Of a stretch of 64,000 nucleotides of DNA, positions 9,262-19,322 are shown one piece after another. Within the stretch, counting starts at the first letter, position 1. Each line of letters opens with the position of its first letter. The translations under genes and the position numbers were made by a program. The DNA is from Ignisphaera sp. (GTDB taxonomy: Archaea; Thermoproteota; Thermoprotei_A; Sulfolobales; Ignisphaeraceae): the NCBI GenBank assembly GCA_038889075.1, contig JAWAHS010000005.1, positions 1 to 64,000 of the forward strand, written 5' to 3'. The notes under the pieces were generated by a model that did no database searches, was not told the origin of the DNA, and was given only the letters and a program-made list of their open reading frames with translations.

Positions 9262-10509
9262 TCACCATACTCTAGGCCTTATAGTTATACTTAGAACATT
9301 TCTAGCTTCTTGTTCATCTAGAGAAATTGGGTATAATTCTATATAGGGTTCCGGCTCGATTCTTACTAAAGATATCAACCCATATTTTTCATAGATTTCT
9401 TTATCTATGTAGAACGAAATTATGGCGTATTTCCGTTCGCGGTACTCAATAATTTTAGATGCTACCGTGGCCTCTACCACTATGTCTACAGAGCACATGA
9501 AGAGTGTTTTCGTGGTTCCTGTGTAGTAATATAATCCACATAAACCGTTTTTCAACATGAAGTTCAGTAGAGAGGTAGGGGGTGCTATTCGGATTGATAC
9601 TTGTTTATAGCTTGGCACAATTATAGGTATTAGAACTATTATAACTTCCTGCCATGCATATAGAGCTATCTTTATACCATCTATTCTTGGTATACCTTGT
9701 AAAGGTATAGAGATTACTACTCCACTAGGAGAGCTATAGTACCCATAGAGAGTACCGGGTATAGATATAGTAGCATCCCCTACTTTTAGATGGATAGCTA
9801 TAACCGATATATCGCTACATTTTGGGAAGTAAATCCATAGCATACCTCCATCTATATCAATAGTTTTTGAAATATTGACCTCTATAGTTATCATCAATTG
9901 ATGGGGTGTTATTTCTAGCGCATCTATATCCCCAAATTTAGTTAGACGAAGAGAACACGATCTACATAGAGTATCCCTTATACCTAGACTTAGCAAGTTA
10001 ACCACATCTATCTCTAGGCTAGATAAGATAGTAGCAGAGTTGTTATCTGGATTAAATATTATCTCCGATCCTAGGGGTAGCGGTATCTGTGTAGACACCT
10101 CATTATATTCAGCATAGCTTGCTAATGTAATGGTTTTAGTAATAGTATTGGTAACAGTATTTGTGGTGTAGTGTGTTGTTGTAAATGTCTTAGATTGAAT
10201 TTCGGTAACATATATAGTCTCGGTAGTAATCACCGTTGTTATTGAATAACTTGGTGAAACGCTAAATATTTTGTGGTACTGTGTAATAGTTTCTGTATAA
10301 GGAATAACAGTTGTTTCTATAGCTCGCTGTATAGTTACAGTTACTAAGCTTGTTATAATCTCTCTTTCTCTTGGTATTGTAACGTATATAGGTTGGTAAA
10401 TAGTTATAGTACTAGATCTCGTTGGAGTAAGCTCTAAAACTATCTGCATAATAGATGCAACCGCGATTATAAGCCCTATTACAGTTGCTGTAACAACTAG
10501 TTTACTCAT
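9262..10509 (-). CDS. membrane-anchored/secreted protein with Thr-rich stalk
   Basis: N-terminal hydrophobic helix, long T/V/I-rich region, then beta-rich domain; overlaps upstream gene by 4 nt. Confidence 0.75.
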   Translation of the reverse strand: MSKLVVTATVIGLIIAVASIMQIVLELTPTRSSTITIYQPIYVTIPREREIITSLVTVTIQRAIETTVIPYTETITQYHKIFSVSPSYSITTVITTETIYVTEIQSKTFTTTHYTTNTVTNTITKTITLASYAEYNEVSTQIPLPLGSEIIFNPDNNSATILSSLEIDVVNLLSLGIRDTLCRSCSLRLTKFGDIDALEITPHQLMITIEVNISKTIDIDGGMLWIYFPKCSDISVIAIHLKVGDATISIPGTLYGYYSSPSGVVISIPLQGIPRIDGIKIALYAWQEVIIVLIPIIVPSYKQVSIRIAPPTSLLNFMLKNGLCGLYYYTGTTKTLFMCSVDIVVEATVASKIIEYRERKYAIISFYIDKEIYEKYGLISLVRIEPEPYIELYPISLDEQEARNVLSITIRPRVW

Positions 10510-11381
10510 TTCTCTACCACCATAGCTATAACTATGAGTAGCAACCCATAAATAAACCTAAGAATGTGTAGAGAAATCCTCGTAAAAGTATTCACCATAG
10601 GTTTTACATATGGGTAAACCTTAGCTAAAATTGCTTCCAATGGGGAAACTCCAACATCTTCAACATCTATCTTCGGGTTGTACCTCTTAATAACTTCACC
10701 TACTTTTTTCAAAACTTCGAGAAACTGCTGAGCTATGTTTATAACTCCTCTCTGGGTATCTAGAATAACTTCTTCACCTCTTTGCTCAATGTTTTTCACA
10801 GGTATATTTCCGTAGTCCGTGATGAGGATTCCCCTATAACCTTGCTCGACATAAGCTTTAAGCATATCTTCAACTTTAGCTACTTCACCTGTAGGTAAAA
10901 CAGCTTCTCTACCTATGAACACGGGTAGCCTAGGCCTATAAAGAGTAAAAACGAGTATAAACAGAGAGATTACCACGATTAATACAAGAGGAACTTTAAT
11001 CAACCGTATATCAATACCAACGGTTTTTATGTGTACAATAAGCGTTGTTAATGCTGATAACGTGGGCAGCACACCCGAGACAGCCAACGATATACTCAAC
11101 GCTACATCTCTATAAAAACATAGGGATAGAAAGACGATAGATAAACCGACGACTATAGAGATTCTATACCTAGAAGCAGATAGAGACCATAGGTTCAGCG
11201 AATAGTTAAACGATATTCCAGTCACAAGAAGACTTAAATCAATTAAAAGTCCACGCATATCGTGACCCATCTTAAGTGAAGTAGAGAGAACTAGATAAAG
11301 AGCGTAAACAGCCACGATATGCACAACTACGGCTGTAAAACGCCAAACTGAAGCCTCAGTAACCCACTTACCCATAAACAT
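10506..11381 (-). CDS. hypothetical multi-pass membrane protein
   Basis: About 5 N-terminal TM helices, soluble loop, C-terminal TM; ATGA overlap with the next gene. Confidence 0.75.
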   Translation of the reverse strand: MFMGKWVTEASVWRFTAVVVHIVAVYALYLVLSTSLKMGHDMRGLLIDLSLLVTGISFNYSLNLWSLSASRYRISIVVGLSIVFLSLCFYRDVALSISLAVSGVLPTLSALTTLIVHIKTVGIDIRLIKVPLVLIVVISLFILVFTLYRPRLPVFIGREAVLPTGEVAKVEDMLKAYVEQGYRGILITDYGNIPVKNIEQRGEEVILDTQRGVINIAQQFLEVLKKVGEVIKRYNPKIDVEDVGVSPLEAILAKVYPYVKPMVNTFTRISLHILRFIYGLLLIVIAMVVEK

Positions 11382-11802
11382 CCAAATCTCAGTAGATACC
11401 GCACAGAAATTTAAACTCTTATCCCAGCATACCCTAGGTTTTTACTTTTAAACCCACTTTTAGGTATCCCTAATCTTAACGAGATCTACAAGCATTGATA
11501 AACCGATTAATAAATACAACGACTTTTCAATTCCCCTAACTATAGCAAAGAAGAAGTCCGTAGATTTATCTCCTAACACCTTCTATCACGGCCACGAATA
11601 CACAGCCACTAGTAACCATGATAATCTATCACCTATTAACGATCTAAACAATATCTCGATATCGATATCTGAACCTGATCTATTTAAAAACTACTAGAGT
11701 TAGCAAAGAGCTTGAGCATTACATTGACACAGTGCTAAATTCATAATTGGATTATCTGCTAAACTTTAATATTCTCTACCAGCATCATTTCTGGGGATAT
11801 GC

Positions 11803-12252
11803 TTGTCTAGCTACTGGATAGTTGTTGTATCCGAGGAAAACTGGGGTACTATAAAGAACTTGAATATCTATGGAGCTCCAGAGCCTAAGTTAGGAAAACC
11901 TATCTACGAACTCGTCAAATCTGGGGATTACCTCATATTCTATGTGGCTAAGAAGAGCTCAAAAACATTGGGAGGTAAATTCGTTGGAGTTTACAAGGTT
12001 GCCTCGACATGGTTTAGAGAAGAGAAGCCTCTATGGCAAGACGAGGTAAAAGAAAACAGAGTCAAATATCCTTGGAGGGTAAAGATAGAGCCAGTAAAAA
12101 TAGGTATAGCAGACTTCAGCGAACTTGCATCAAAACTAAAATTTATCGAAAGAAAAGATAGGGCAAACGCATACCTGGTGGGAACACCAGCAAACATGAG
12201 AAGACCAATACCAGAAGAAGATGCGAGAACAATAATCGAAAATTTAAGATAG
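11803..12252 (+). CDS. EVE domain (PUA-like, UPF0310) protein
   Basis: YWIVVVSEENW...IYG...VKSGDYLIFYV...FVGVYKV.S.W......LW...KYPWRVKIEP...MRRPIPEEDA, the EVE pattern. Confidence 0.85.
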   Translation: MSSYWIVVVSEENWGTIKNLNIYGAPEPKLGKPIYELVKSGDYLIFYVAKKSSKTLGGKFVGVYKVASTWFREEKPLWQDEVKENRVKYPWRVKIEPVKIGIADFSELASKLKFIERKDRANAYLVGTPANMRRPIPEEDARTIIENLR

Positions 12253-12406
12253 AGATGTAAGTAGGTACAGCCTTAGTATTTATCCACCTATCGATACTTT
12301 TATCCTATGTCTTGGCGGTATTTCCTAGATTCTATGCGAAAGAACTTGCGAAAAACTTTAATTCAAGTTCTAGCGATTTAATTAATAGTTTAGCTCAGGT
12401 GTGTCT

Positions 12407-15388
12407 ATGGATCGTAGGTTTATCGAGGCACCTAGGTTTCCCGTTGATCGTGTTAACGAGGTTTCCGCTAAGGAGAAAGGCGGTGGCGGTAGACCACCTA
12501 TATGGGAGATGGTGTTCTGGTGGACAAGGAAGCCGCTGATTGGGGCAAGAACAGTTGTTGCAGCATCTCTACTTCCTGAATCAGCTGATCTCACAGCTTT
12601 TCTTCGTATAGTTAGGCTTTTAGGTGTAGAGGGTTCTCCCCATAGGCATAACCCGGTTATGGTGCCAGAGTACAGAGAACTCTTTACCAAAGCTAAGCTT
12701 CTAGACCCTTTCGCTGGTTTTGGGTCTATACCTCTAGAGGCTGCTAGACTTGGCATAGATAAGGTTGTCGCAGTAGAGCTTCTACCAACAGCCTACGTGT
12801 TTCTTAAAGCTATTCTAGAGATACCCAAGTGGGCTGCAGATAATAGGCTAGGGGATCAGCTGGTTAAAGACCTCGAGAAATGGGGTGGATGGGTAGTAGA
12901 TCAGCTAAAAGAAGACCCAGATATCAGAGAGCTATACGACGATGATATAGCTGTGTACATAGGTTCATGGGAGATAAGGTGTCCACACTGCAGTAGATAT
13001 ACACCTCTAGTAGGCAACTGGTGGCTAGCCAGAGTATCCAGAGAGACAACAGAGGAAGAAGAGCTCGAGGAAGAAACAAAAAAAGGTATCTACAGTAAAA
13101 TAGCCTGGATGACACCAAAAAACACCGAAGACAGGATATACATAGATGTTGTGGATCTCAACAGAGAGCTAAACAAAAACAGCGTAGAGGCTAAGATAAA
13201 CTCAAGACAAGGGGTAGTAGAGGCATACGGAAGAAGATACACAGTACCGAGACCAAACATAGACGCAAGAAGAGAAACAGCAGCATGCCTACACTGCAAC
13301 AATACAATAACAAACAAAGGAAAGAAAGAAGAATGGTACGTCAAACAAGCATTAAAAGAATGGAACCAAAACCTAGAGAAATACCTATCAGGAGAAATAA
13401 CAATACAACAGCTAATAGAAAGCAAAGCAAGACCAAGACTACTAGCCAGAGTAAAAACTATAGGCAAAGATCTAACCTTCGAACCAGCGACACAGCAGGA
13501 CAGCGATAGGCTCTGGAGAGCACTAGAAAAGCTAAAGCAGATATGGGGAGACCCAGACATACCGACAGAGCCTATGACACCCTATGGAGGTCCAACTTTA
13601 GGTGATCCACCTCTTATCTTCGGAAAGTTCTTCAAGCTCTTTAACCCGCGCCAGCTCCTTACCCTAGTCAAGCTCGTCAAGCTGATACGTGAAGCCGGTA
13701 GGAGGGTGGAGGAGGAGAAGCTAGAGCAGGGCTGGGACAAGCAGAAAGCACACAAATACGCAGAAGCAATAACAACATACCTAGCAATAGCACTATGCAA
13801 ACATGCTGATTATAATTCTATAGTTAATAGGTATCGTCCTGATAAGGTTAGGTTTGAAGGTACGTTTGCTCAAAGAGGTATTGCTATAATATGGAACTAT
13901 GTTGATGCGAACCCGTACGTTAAAACAGCTGGAATGACTGGACACTTAATAAATACACTAGAAAGTGTTATTGAAGGACTCCTATACCTTATCAACGCTG
14001 TCTCGGGTAGTCCTAGCCGTGTTGAGGTTGTGCTGGACGACGCCACGGTTCTCAGCAAGCTCGGGGACGAGAGGTTCGACCTGATCGTTACGGACCCACC
14101 GTACAGAGACGACGTGCCGTATGCGGAGCTCAGCGACTTCTACTATGTGTGGCTTAAGCGGGTTTTGTGTGATGTGAGAGATGTTTATGGGGTTTTGGTG
14201 AGGGTTCCTAGGTTTTATTCTGAGGCTTTCTTTGATGATTCTGGTGGTGAGGTTGAGGTTCAGTGGAGGAGGTTTGCTTCTAGGGAGGTTAGCGAGTCTG
14301 AGGGTAGGGCTAGCTTCTTTGGTGAGGGGGTTGGGTCTTTTGATTACTTTAAGAGGCTTTTGTCTGAGTCGTTTAAGGTTATGGCGGATAGGCTTAACGA
14401 TAGCGGTGTTGCTGTTACCTATTATGCTCATACTACTCCTGATGCTTGGGAGGCTCTTCTTGAGGCTGGCTGGCTTAACGCTGGTCTTAGGGTTACTGCT
14501 ACCCATAGTTTTGTCACAGAGTCTGCTCAAAGGGTTACTGCTCGTGGTAAGATTAGTTTAGATACTTCACTTGTTGTTGTTTGGAGGAAAGGGGTTTCTA
14601 GAGAAGCTCTTGTTGACGAGGTTTATGCTAGAGCTGTTGAGGATTGTAGTGAGTTTGCTGAAAAAGCTATGAAGTTTGGCCGTAGTGGTGTTGATTTATT
14701 TGTCTCTGTTCTTGGCTGTATTCTTTCTCAGTTTACCCAGTACAGGTCTCTGGTGGGTGTTGGAGATCTGAGGAAGAAGGGTCTTGGAGACCTTGTTAAA
14801 AGCTATATCTATCCCGCTACAGCTGAGGCTATAGCCCGGTCTCTTGGTGTTAAAGCGGCTGAGAAAAGGCTTAGCCCCTACTCTATGTTTTACCTCTTAG
14901 CCAAGGTGCTTATAGAGAGAAGGCCTAGGGCTAGCAGAAGATCCATGGATAGAAACACCGCTGTAATATTCTCTATAGGGACACGGGCAGAGCTATCAGC
15001 GCTAGAAGCCCTAGGGCTGATACAAAGGGATGGCGATAGGATTACTCTTCTAGAGCCTCTGCATGTGGAAGATCCTAGGCGTGCTGTAGAGGCTACGCTA
15101 ATCGATAGAGGTTTAACCCCCTCGGCGCCGAGCATTAGATCATCTATAGATGCACTCCATATCCTGGAGTACCTAGCCATATCTATGCCAAAGGATATGT
15201 TTGTAAAGCACTACTCGGAGCTTAGATCGAGAAGTCCTCAGCATGTTGAGGAGGCTATAGCGCTTGCTAAGATACTCTACAGCGTGCTCCCCGAGAATGA
15301 TAGCGAGAGGAAAGCTGTAGATACTTTATTAAATTCCCTAGGTGAGGCTCCTCAGCGTGGTTTGCTTATCTATTCGAAAAAGGGGTGA
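12407..15388 (+). CDS. DUF1156 adenine-specific DNA methyltransferase with Zn ribbon
   Basis: N-terminal RFIE..FPV..VN..SAKEK...WWTRKPL, motif I DPFAGFGSIPLEA, CPHC/CLHC, LFNPRQL, motif IV TDPPY, YAELSDFYYVWLKR. ATG at 12407 follows GGTG. Confidence 0.92.
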   Translation: MDRRFIEAPRFPVDRVNEVSAKEKGGGGRPPIWEMVFWWTRKPLIGARTVVAASLLPESADLTAFLRIVRLLGVEGSPHRHNPVMVPEYRELFTKAKLLDPFAGFGSIPLEAARLGIDKVVAVELLPTAYVFLKAILEIPKWAADNRLGDQLVKDLEKWGGWVVDQLKEDPDIRELYDDDIAVYIGSWEIRCPHCSRYTPLVGNWWLARVSRETTEEEELEEETKKGIYSKIAWMTPKNTEDRIYIDVVDLNRELNKNSVEAKINSRQGVVEAYGRRYTVPRPNIDARRETAACLHCNNTITNKGKKEEWYVKQALKEWNQNLEKYLSGEITIQQLIESKARPRLLARVKTIGKDLTFEPATQQDSDRLWRALEKLKQIWGDPDIPTEPMTPYGGPTLGDPPLIFGKFFKLFNPRQLLTLVKLVKLIREAGRRVEEEKLEQGWDKQKAHKYAEAITTYLAIALCKHADYNSIVNRYRPDKVRFEGTFAQRGIAIIWNYVDANPYVKTAGMTGHLINTLESVIEGLLYLINAVSGSPSRVEVVLDDATVLSKLGDERFDLIVTDPPYRDDVPYAELSDFYYVWLKRVLCDVRDVYGVLVRVPRFYSEAFFDDSGGEVEVQWRRFASREVSESEGRASFFGEGVGSFDYFKRLLSESFKVMADRLNDSGVAVTYYAHTTPDAWEALLEAGWLNAGLRVTATHSFVTESAQRVTARGKISLDTSLVVVWRKGVSREALVDEVYARAVEDCSEFAEKAMKFGRSGVDLFVSVLGCILSQFTQYRSLVGVGDLRKKGLGDLVKSYIYPATAEAIARSLGVKAAEKRLSPYSMFYLLAKVLIERRPRASRRSMDRNTAVIFSIGTRAELSALEALGLIQRDGDRITLLEPLHVEDPRRAVEATLIDRGLTPSAPSIRSSIDALHILEYLAISMPKDMFVKHYSELRSRSPQHVEEAIALAKILYSVLPENDSERKAVDTLLNSLGEAPQRGLLIYSKKG

Positions 15389-18300
15389 GGTGGGAGACGA
15401 AGATGGTTCTCCTCGGGAATAACAAGATCCGCAGCGATGTATTTGATGAGGGTTTAGATGAGAAGCTTGTTCCTAGCCTCGGAGGTGTGGTACTAGGTAG
15501 CGAGCCCGATATCTATACCGACCCCAGCAAGTTCTTCTCTATTACTTTGGTAACAGAGCAGATAGTGGATATAATAGACAACATAGTCAACGTACTGACA
15601 GAGGGTAGAGGTAGGAAGATTGTTATGCTTAGCGCTCTCTACGGAGGTGGTAAGACGCATACGCTTATAGCTATACACCATGCGTTGAAAAACCCAAGTC
15701 TACTGACCAAAGCTGTTACCGAGACCCCAGAGGTGGGAAAGAAAATCCGAGATATAGCCGCTAGAGCTTCAAGTATCGCTGGATCAGTCGATATCGTTGT
15801 TATAGATGGCTATATGCATCAGCTAGCTCCACACCCAGTAGCACCGCTGAATATGGGTACTTATAGTGTTAAAACACTATGGGGCTATATAGCCCATTGT
15901 CTTGGTAGCTACAGCCTTATGAAAACATTAGATGAGCAGGTTGTGCCCCCTGGAGTGGATGTTATTGTAAAGCTATTCGAGAATAGACGCGTAGTTATAT
16001 TAGTTGATGAGCTTGCTAGCTATATACAGGGTATATCATCTCAGGTGAACTATGTCAATGCATTGAAGAGTTTTATCGAGAGGCTAGCTAAAGCTATAGA
16101 TATTGCGAAGAACGTTGTACTCATCATCTCTGTACCAGCTGCCGTAGGTAGCGGTGGTGAGATTGAGCGTGTAGAGATTACATATATGGGCATTAGGGAC
16201 GTAGTTGAGGCTGTGGTTAAAAGCCTTAGCCGTGTAGCTGTAATGTATGTAGAGCCTGTGAGCCCCAGGAACATACCGTCATTACTAAGGGCAAGGCTTT
16301 TCGAGTATGTAGATGCATCCAAAGCCTCGGAGATAAGGAAAGCTATACACAGTATCTATCAGGGGCATAGAGAGGTCTTCGACCATAGTTTAGCTGAAGC
16401 AGCTGTTCGAGAGATACCCACTACATATCCATTCCACCCAGCTTACATAGGTATACTTGTAGATATGCTAGATAAGCACCCCAAGCTACAGAAGACCCGT
16501 GATCTACTAAAGATTAGCAGACGGATACTTAGATCCATTGTATCGAGTAGAGATAGCTATGAGCTGGTGATGCCTTGGCATATAAACCTGGTATTCGATG
16601 AAGGACTAGCATCTTATCTACTACGAGGATTCGAAGAATTTAGATCCGTTATCATAGGTGATATACATGAAAAAACTAGAAACTATGAAAAAACATGGCT
16701 TGCACAAATAGCTGCAAATACACTGCTTGTGAAGACTTACGTATACGGCGGTGGCTTGGTTCCTAAACCCGATGTCTTTCCAACACCTGAAGAGCTTGCC
16801 GTAATGGTCTACGAACCAAAGAGCTTTAGCGATAAAGGGTTGCTTCCAAAGGATATCATAGATGCTGTTGAATGGATAAAGCATAACCTTGTATACATTT
16901 TAGAAGATGAGAAAACCCGTAGACTATGGTTTACACGTTTTGTAACACCGATTAAGTATGTAGAGGATATCGCTAAAAACGTTCTAGATGTAGATGTTGT
17001 TAAGGAAATCGAGGTGTACACTAAGAAGCTACTGACAGCATCTGTTCAGCAGATCGAGAGTAGAAAGAGAAGTACACCGGAGATCGGCAGGATATTCGAT
17101 CGAGAGCTGTCAACGGCTTCCTATAGCTGTGATAAACTTGACTACGATGTTCCTAGATACATCCTATATGCATGTGTTAATGTTCCTCAAGACCCTAGTT
17201 CAAGGCAATCGCTGCTCGAGGAAATAGCGTATATAACTAAACACGGTGGTAAAAGGAGGTACGCTAATACAATATTTATAGTGTTTCCAAGTAGTAGAGA
17301 GAAGATCAAATTCGTTTTCGATCTTATGAAGAGACACATAGCCTGTAAAAAAGTTGAAGCCGAGAAACTAGTGGATGTGCTTGTGGGAGGTTACACTCGA
17401 GAAGAAAGGGATATAGTTAAAGGGGTTCTTGTAAATAAGTTGAAGAGGTACTGCGATGAAATTCTCAGCAACACACTATTAAATACTCTCTCCATGTTCG
17501 ATGCAATTGCTTATCCGGTTTACACTGAAGGTAGAAACACAATCAAAGAGGTTAACTTAAGTGTGAGAGAAACAATAATTGAAGGTTCTGAACACACTCT
17601 ACAAAGTGTTCAACCAAGGAAAATCCTTCTTGGCATGGATTTCGAAACACTCGACTTCTACCTCAAGAGCATAGGTATAGACTTATCTACAATTTCTACA
17701 CCTAAGAGTGTTAAAGATATTATAGAGTACTTCTACTCGAACTCAAGGCTACCAGCTGTAAAAGAAGACGATGTTAAACGGGCTCTCGTAGATGGTGTAG
17801 ATAATCTAAGCATAGGTTTGCTGTGTAGAGATCGCCTGTACTTTAAATCTATTGAGATTTGCAGTAATGACAAAGAATGCAGAGGAATTAATATGGCTAA
17901 AGGCGAAGCTCCAGCTACTGTAACAGATGATTGTCAAGTTCTATCTTGGAGGGATGCTCTCGTGGAGCAGCTTAAGAACCTTAGGGGTAGAGTAGAGGGG
18001 CTAAAGGTGATAGAGTATATTGTTAATTACGGTGGCGAGCTGTATCGTGTAGAAGACGTTGTTGCAGATATCGGTAAATTCGATATAGAAGTGTTAAAGG
18101 CTGCTCCACTACTTAAAAGAGAACGTATTGCTGCCGTAAAGCTGTACCCTGAGAAGAAGGAGCTTAGAATTAGAGCTGGTGAGGATATCGAGCTAAGGTT
18201 TACAGTTGAAAGGCTAGGAGTTTTCGTAGGTGAAATTATTATTCAGAGTAGCCTAGGCGAAGTAACACCAAGCAAAATTTCATTAAATAATGATGTACCT

Positions 18301-18804
18301 AGAAACGAATTTGTTTGGAGATATAGAGCACCGGCAACAGGTGGAGTGCACCAAGATGTTGTTCGTCTACTTCTACCAGATGGAGCTGAGGTTGCTAGAT
18401 CTGAAGTAACAGTATATGTTGCTGGCATCGAGAATTGCGTTAAGGGATTGCCAAAGATTCGAGATAAGAAAGTGAAAGAGATGAGGGTTGAGATTAATAA
18501 GCTTAACCTAAAGCCTCTACAGATAATTAGCACAAGGTTTAGAGGTTTTAATGTAAGTGGTAAACTGAAGTTAACCCTTCAAAGAGATAGTATGTCGTCG
18601 AGTATATTTCTAGAATTCAACGAAATGCCACCCGATGATGTGTATAGAATCGTAAGTAACATCATTTCAATACTATCGCTAGGCAAGGTAGATATATCCA
18701 TCGAGTTAAACCTTAGAGCAGCTACACCAAAGCCGCTGCCGAGTTTACCTGAAGGCGAATTCAATGAATTGAGTCAGTATGTAGCTGAGGCATGTCTTGA
18801 CTAG
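15385..18804 (+). CDS. DUF499 family ATPase with C-terminal Ig/Fn3-like region
   Basis: YTDPSKFF..T, Walker A YGGGKTH, TLWG, Walker B ILVDE, YPFHP, QKTRDLL. Overlaps methylase stop; ATG 15403 is an alternative start. Confidence 0.9.
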   Translation: MRWETKMVLLGNNKIRSDVFDEGLDEKLVPSLGGVVLGSEPDIYTDPSKFFSITLVTEQIVDIIDNIVNVLTEGRGRKIVMLSALYGGGKTHTLIAIHHALKNPSLLTKAVTETPEVGKKIRDIAARASSIAGSVDIVVIDGYMHQLAPHPVAPLNMGTYSVKTLWGYIAHCLGSYSLMKTLDEQVVPPGVDVIVKLFENRRVVILVDELASYIQGISSQVNYVNALKSFIERLAKAIDIAKNVVLIISVPAAVGSGGEIERVEITYMGIRDVVEAVVKSLSRVAVMYVEPVSPRNIPSLLRARLFEYVDASKASEIRKAIHSIYQGHREVFDHSLAEAAVREIPTTYPFHPAYIGILVDMLDKHPKLQKTRDLLKISRRILRSIVSSRDSYELVMPWHINLVFDEGLASYLLRGFEEFRSVIIGDIHEKTRNYEKTWLAQIAANTLLVKTYVYGGGLVPKPDVFPTPEELAVMVYEPKSFSDKGLLPKDIIDAVEWIKHNLVYILEDEKTRRLWFTRFVTPIKYVEDIAKNVLDVDVVKEIEVYTKKLLTASVQQIESRKRSTPEIGRIFDRELSTASYSCDKLDYDVPRYILYACVNVPQDPSSRQSLLEEIAYITKHGGKRRYANTIFIVFPSSREKIKFVFDLMKRHIACKKVEAEKLVDVLVGGYTREERDIVKGVLVNKLKRYCDEILSNTLLNTLSMFDAIAYPVYTEGRNTIKEVNLSVRETIIEGSEHTLQSVQPRKILLGMDFETLDFYLKSIGIDLSTISTPKSVKDIIEYFYSNSRLPAVKEDDVKRALVDGVDNLSIGLLCRDRLYFKSIEICSNDKECRGINMAKGEAPATVTDDCQVLSWRDALVEQLKNLRGRVEGLKVIEYIVNYGGELYRVEDVVADIGKFDIEVLKAAPLLKRERIAAVKLYPEKKELRIRAGEDIELRFTVERLGVFVGEIIIQSSLGEVTPSKISLNNDVPRNEFVWRYRAPATGGVHQDVVRLLLPDGAEVARSEVTVYVAGIENCVKGLPKIRDKKVKEMRVEINKLNLKPLQIISTRFRGFNVSGKLKLTLQRDSMSSSIFLEFNEMPPDDVYRIVSNIISILSLGKVDISIELNLRAATPKPLPSLPEGEFNELSQYVAEACLD

Positions 18805-18881
18805 ATGAACCGTATTATCTACCAAGATCATATAGATTAAATATCATTTGATAACCTGGTGAGAAATAGGGGCTTTAGAGA

Positions 18882-19322
18882 ATGGGTAGAGAATCCCTAA
18901 TTCAGCGCTACATAGTTTTTAGTTCAAAACGCATAGGTAAGAAGATTCGCCGAGGCATAGATGTCTCCTATGTATATCTATCAGAGCCGGTAAAGGGTGT
19001 AGACCCAGTATTTGAGGCTAGGGTTGGTAGAGACTATGTTATAGCCTTCCTTAATAGTGTAAATACCCCCTACAGGTTGATTAACAATAGAGTAGCCGTT
19101 TTAGAGAGCGAGGACCCCGATACCTATCTACGTCGACTTGTGGTATACCTAGGGGTTAGACAGCATATGAAGAATTCAGCAAATCTTATAGAAATCGTTC
19201 AAAATCTTAGTGAAATTGAGTCTCTGTTTTGGTACTCAAGGTTTTTAGAAGCATACGATAGAATAGGGTACTGGGGTGTATATAGAGTTGCAAAAGCCTT
19301 TAGACTACTCTACAGGGTATAG
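18882..19322 (+). CDS. small accessory protein of the DUF499/DUF1156 system (DUF3780-like role)
   Basis: Sits between ATPase and helicase; C-terminal LSEIESLFWY...RVAKAFRLLY recalls the DUF3780 E..WWLY...RKALR tail. Confidence 0.6.
   Translation: MGRESLIQRYIVFSSKRIGKKIRRGIDVSYVYLSEPVKGVDPVFEARVGRDYVIAFLNSVNTPYRLINNRVAVLESEDPDTYLRRLVVYLGVRQHMKNSANLIEIVQNLSEIESLFWYSRFLEAYDRIGYWGVYRVAKAFRLLYRV

Noticed and set aside
13040-14750. A-rich and T-rich blocks of the methylase as inverted repeats of an invertible cassette
   Set aside because: The reverse complement of the T-rich block does not match the A-rich block, and no invertase or silent cassette is seen
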